From a virus (taxonomy: Duplodnaviria > Caudoviricetes): a DNA stretch of 25,747 bases. Both the position numbers and the translations under genes were made by a program. Shown here piece after piece: positions 25,297 through 25,747 of the stretch. The stretch spans positions 1 through 25,747 of the IMG/VR virus record IMGVR_UViG_3300048888_000013; one strand, written 5' to 3'. Each line of letters begins with the position of its first letter. The first letter of the stretch is position 1. The notes under the pieces are model-generated. The model saw only the letters and a program-made list of their open reading frames with translations, had not been told where the DNA came from and did not search any database.

Positions 25297-25419
25297 TCCG
25301 GTGTTCGCAACGCAGACGGTCTGCCTCGCGCTAGAGGCCCTGCCAAGTCGGAGCGCTAACCCTCCGGGCGGGATATGGGCTGAAACCCCGAAAGACCGAT
25401 CTGACCAACCTCTGGAGAA
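25294..25419 (+). ncRNA. Structured cis-regulatory RNA leader (four-way junction) upstream of the integrase
   Basis: Hand-folded stems: P1 25313-22/25393-403, P2 25323-27/25334-38, P3 25339-44/25367-72 plus 25349-53/25362-66, P4 25377-79/25386-88. Basal stem 25294-301/25412-19. Confidence 0.55.
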
Positions 25420-25424
25420 CTTCG

Positions 25425-25747
25425 ATGGCACTTCGCATCCGCACTTGGAAAACCCCTTCCGGCGAGAGCCGGCAGACGTATCAGATCGATTACGTCGTCA
25501 AGGGCCGCCGCATCCGCGAGAGCTTCGCGACCAAGAAATTGGCCGAGAAGCGCCTCGCGGTTGTGACCGTTGGCGTCGACGCCGGCACCCACACCCCCGA
25601 TGGCCAGAGCATCACCGTCGCATTCGCGGCGGCGCAGTGGTTCGCGGAGTGTGAGCGCGCCGGCTTGGAGCGCGTCACCCTCACCCTGTACGCCCAGCAG
25701 ATCGCCTCCCACATCAACCCGGTGATCGGCGACGTGTTGCTGTCGCG
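25425..25747 (+). CDS. int: Tyrosine integrase, N-terminal part (3'-truncated)
   Basis: Not in the ORF track. GGAG RBS, then MALRIRTWKTPSGESRQTYQIDYVVKGRRIRESFATKKLAEK...TVAFAAAQWF...LERVTLTLYAQQIASHINPVIGDVLLS, matching arm-binding plus core-binding domains. The catalytic domain is not visible. Confidence 0.85.
   Translation, partial: MALRIRTWKTPSGESRQTYQIDYVVKGRRIRESFATKKLAEKRLAVVTVGVDAGTHTPDGQSITVAFAAAQWFAECERAGLERVTLTLYAQQIASHINPVIGDVLLS

Larger units (their letters stand above)
1..25747. mobile_element. P22-like temperate phage/prophage (partial genome)
   Basis: Continuous phage gene order with no host genes. Terminase and portal lie outside the window. Confidence 0.95.

Noticed and set aside
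25313-25403. tRNA or hammerhead ribozyme
   Set aside because: Cloverleaf-like, but it lacks the TTC-RA T-loop, D-loop GG, 7-nt anticodon loop geometry and the CUGANGA core.
25301-25717. Track ORFs 25301-25654, 25356-25712 and 25490-25717
   Set aside because: Out-of-frame or antisense to the integrase that starts at 25425.
1-25747. CRISPR array, rRNA, tRNA, IS element, recoded stop codons
   Set aside because: None seen. Genes tile the window under the standard code.

Overview
The whole window is part of a GC-rich, P22-like (podovirus-type) temperate phage or prophage. The host is probably an alphaproteobacterium, inferred from protein and promoter style. The rightward late block runs: 5'-truncated scaffold, P22-type coat, small orphan, gp4-, gp10- and gp26-like tail hub proteins, three ejection proteins, an adsorption module (needle fibre, Ig-like adaptor, two paralogous fibres, lectin-SGNH esterase), a membrane protein and a two-domain endolysin. 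A leftward early operon follows (DUF3102-like, two orphans, YqaJ exonuclease, orphan, Bet, orphan), then a 66-bp divergent switch with a cro-like gene but no cI. The rightward early operon has VRR-NUC, a replication initiator with an internal ori, two orphans, a PD-(D/E)XK nuclease and a Q-like regulator. The window ends with a divergent xis / tyrosine integrase pair, the integrase being 3'-truncated and absent from the ORF track. The most notable items are: (1) a four-way-junction RNA leader on int, whose SD is predicted to be sequestered only in read-through transcripts; (2) a domain nested inside its own paralogue in gp10; (3) a chaperone-like domain fused to a second fibre; (4) an amidase + RlpA-like endolysin; (5) the cI-less switch with interlocked promoters. 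All family calls come from motif recognition by eye and synteny; no searches or folding programs were run.
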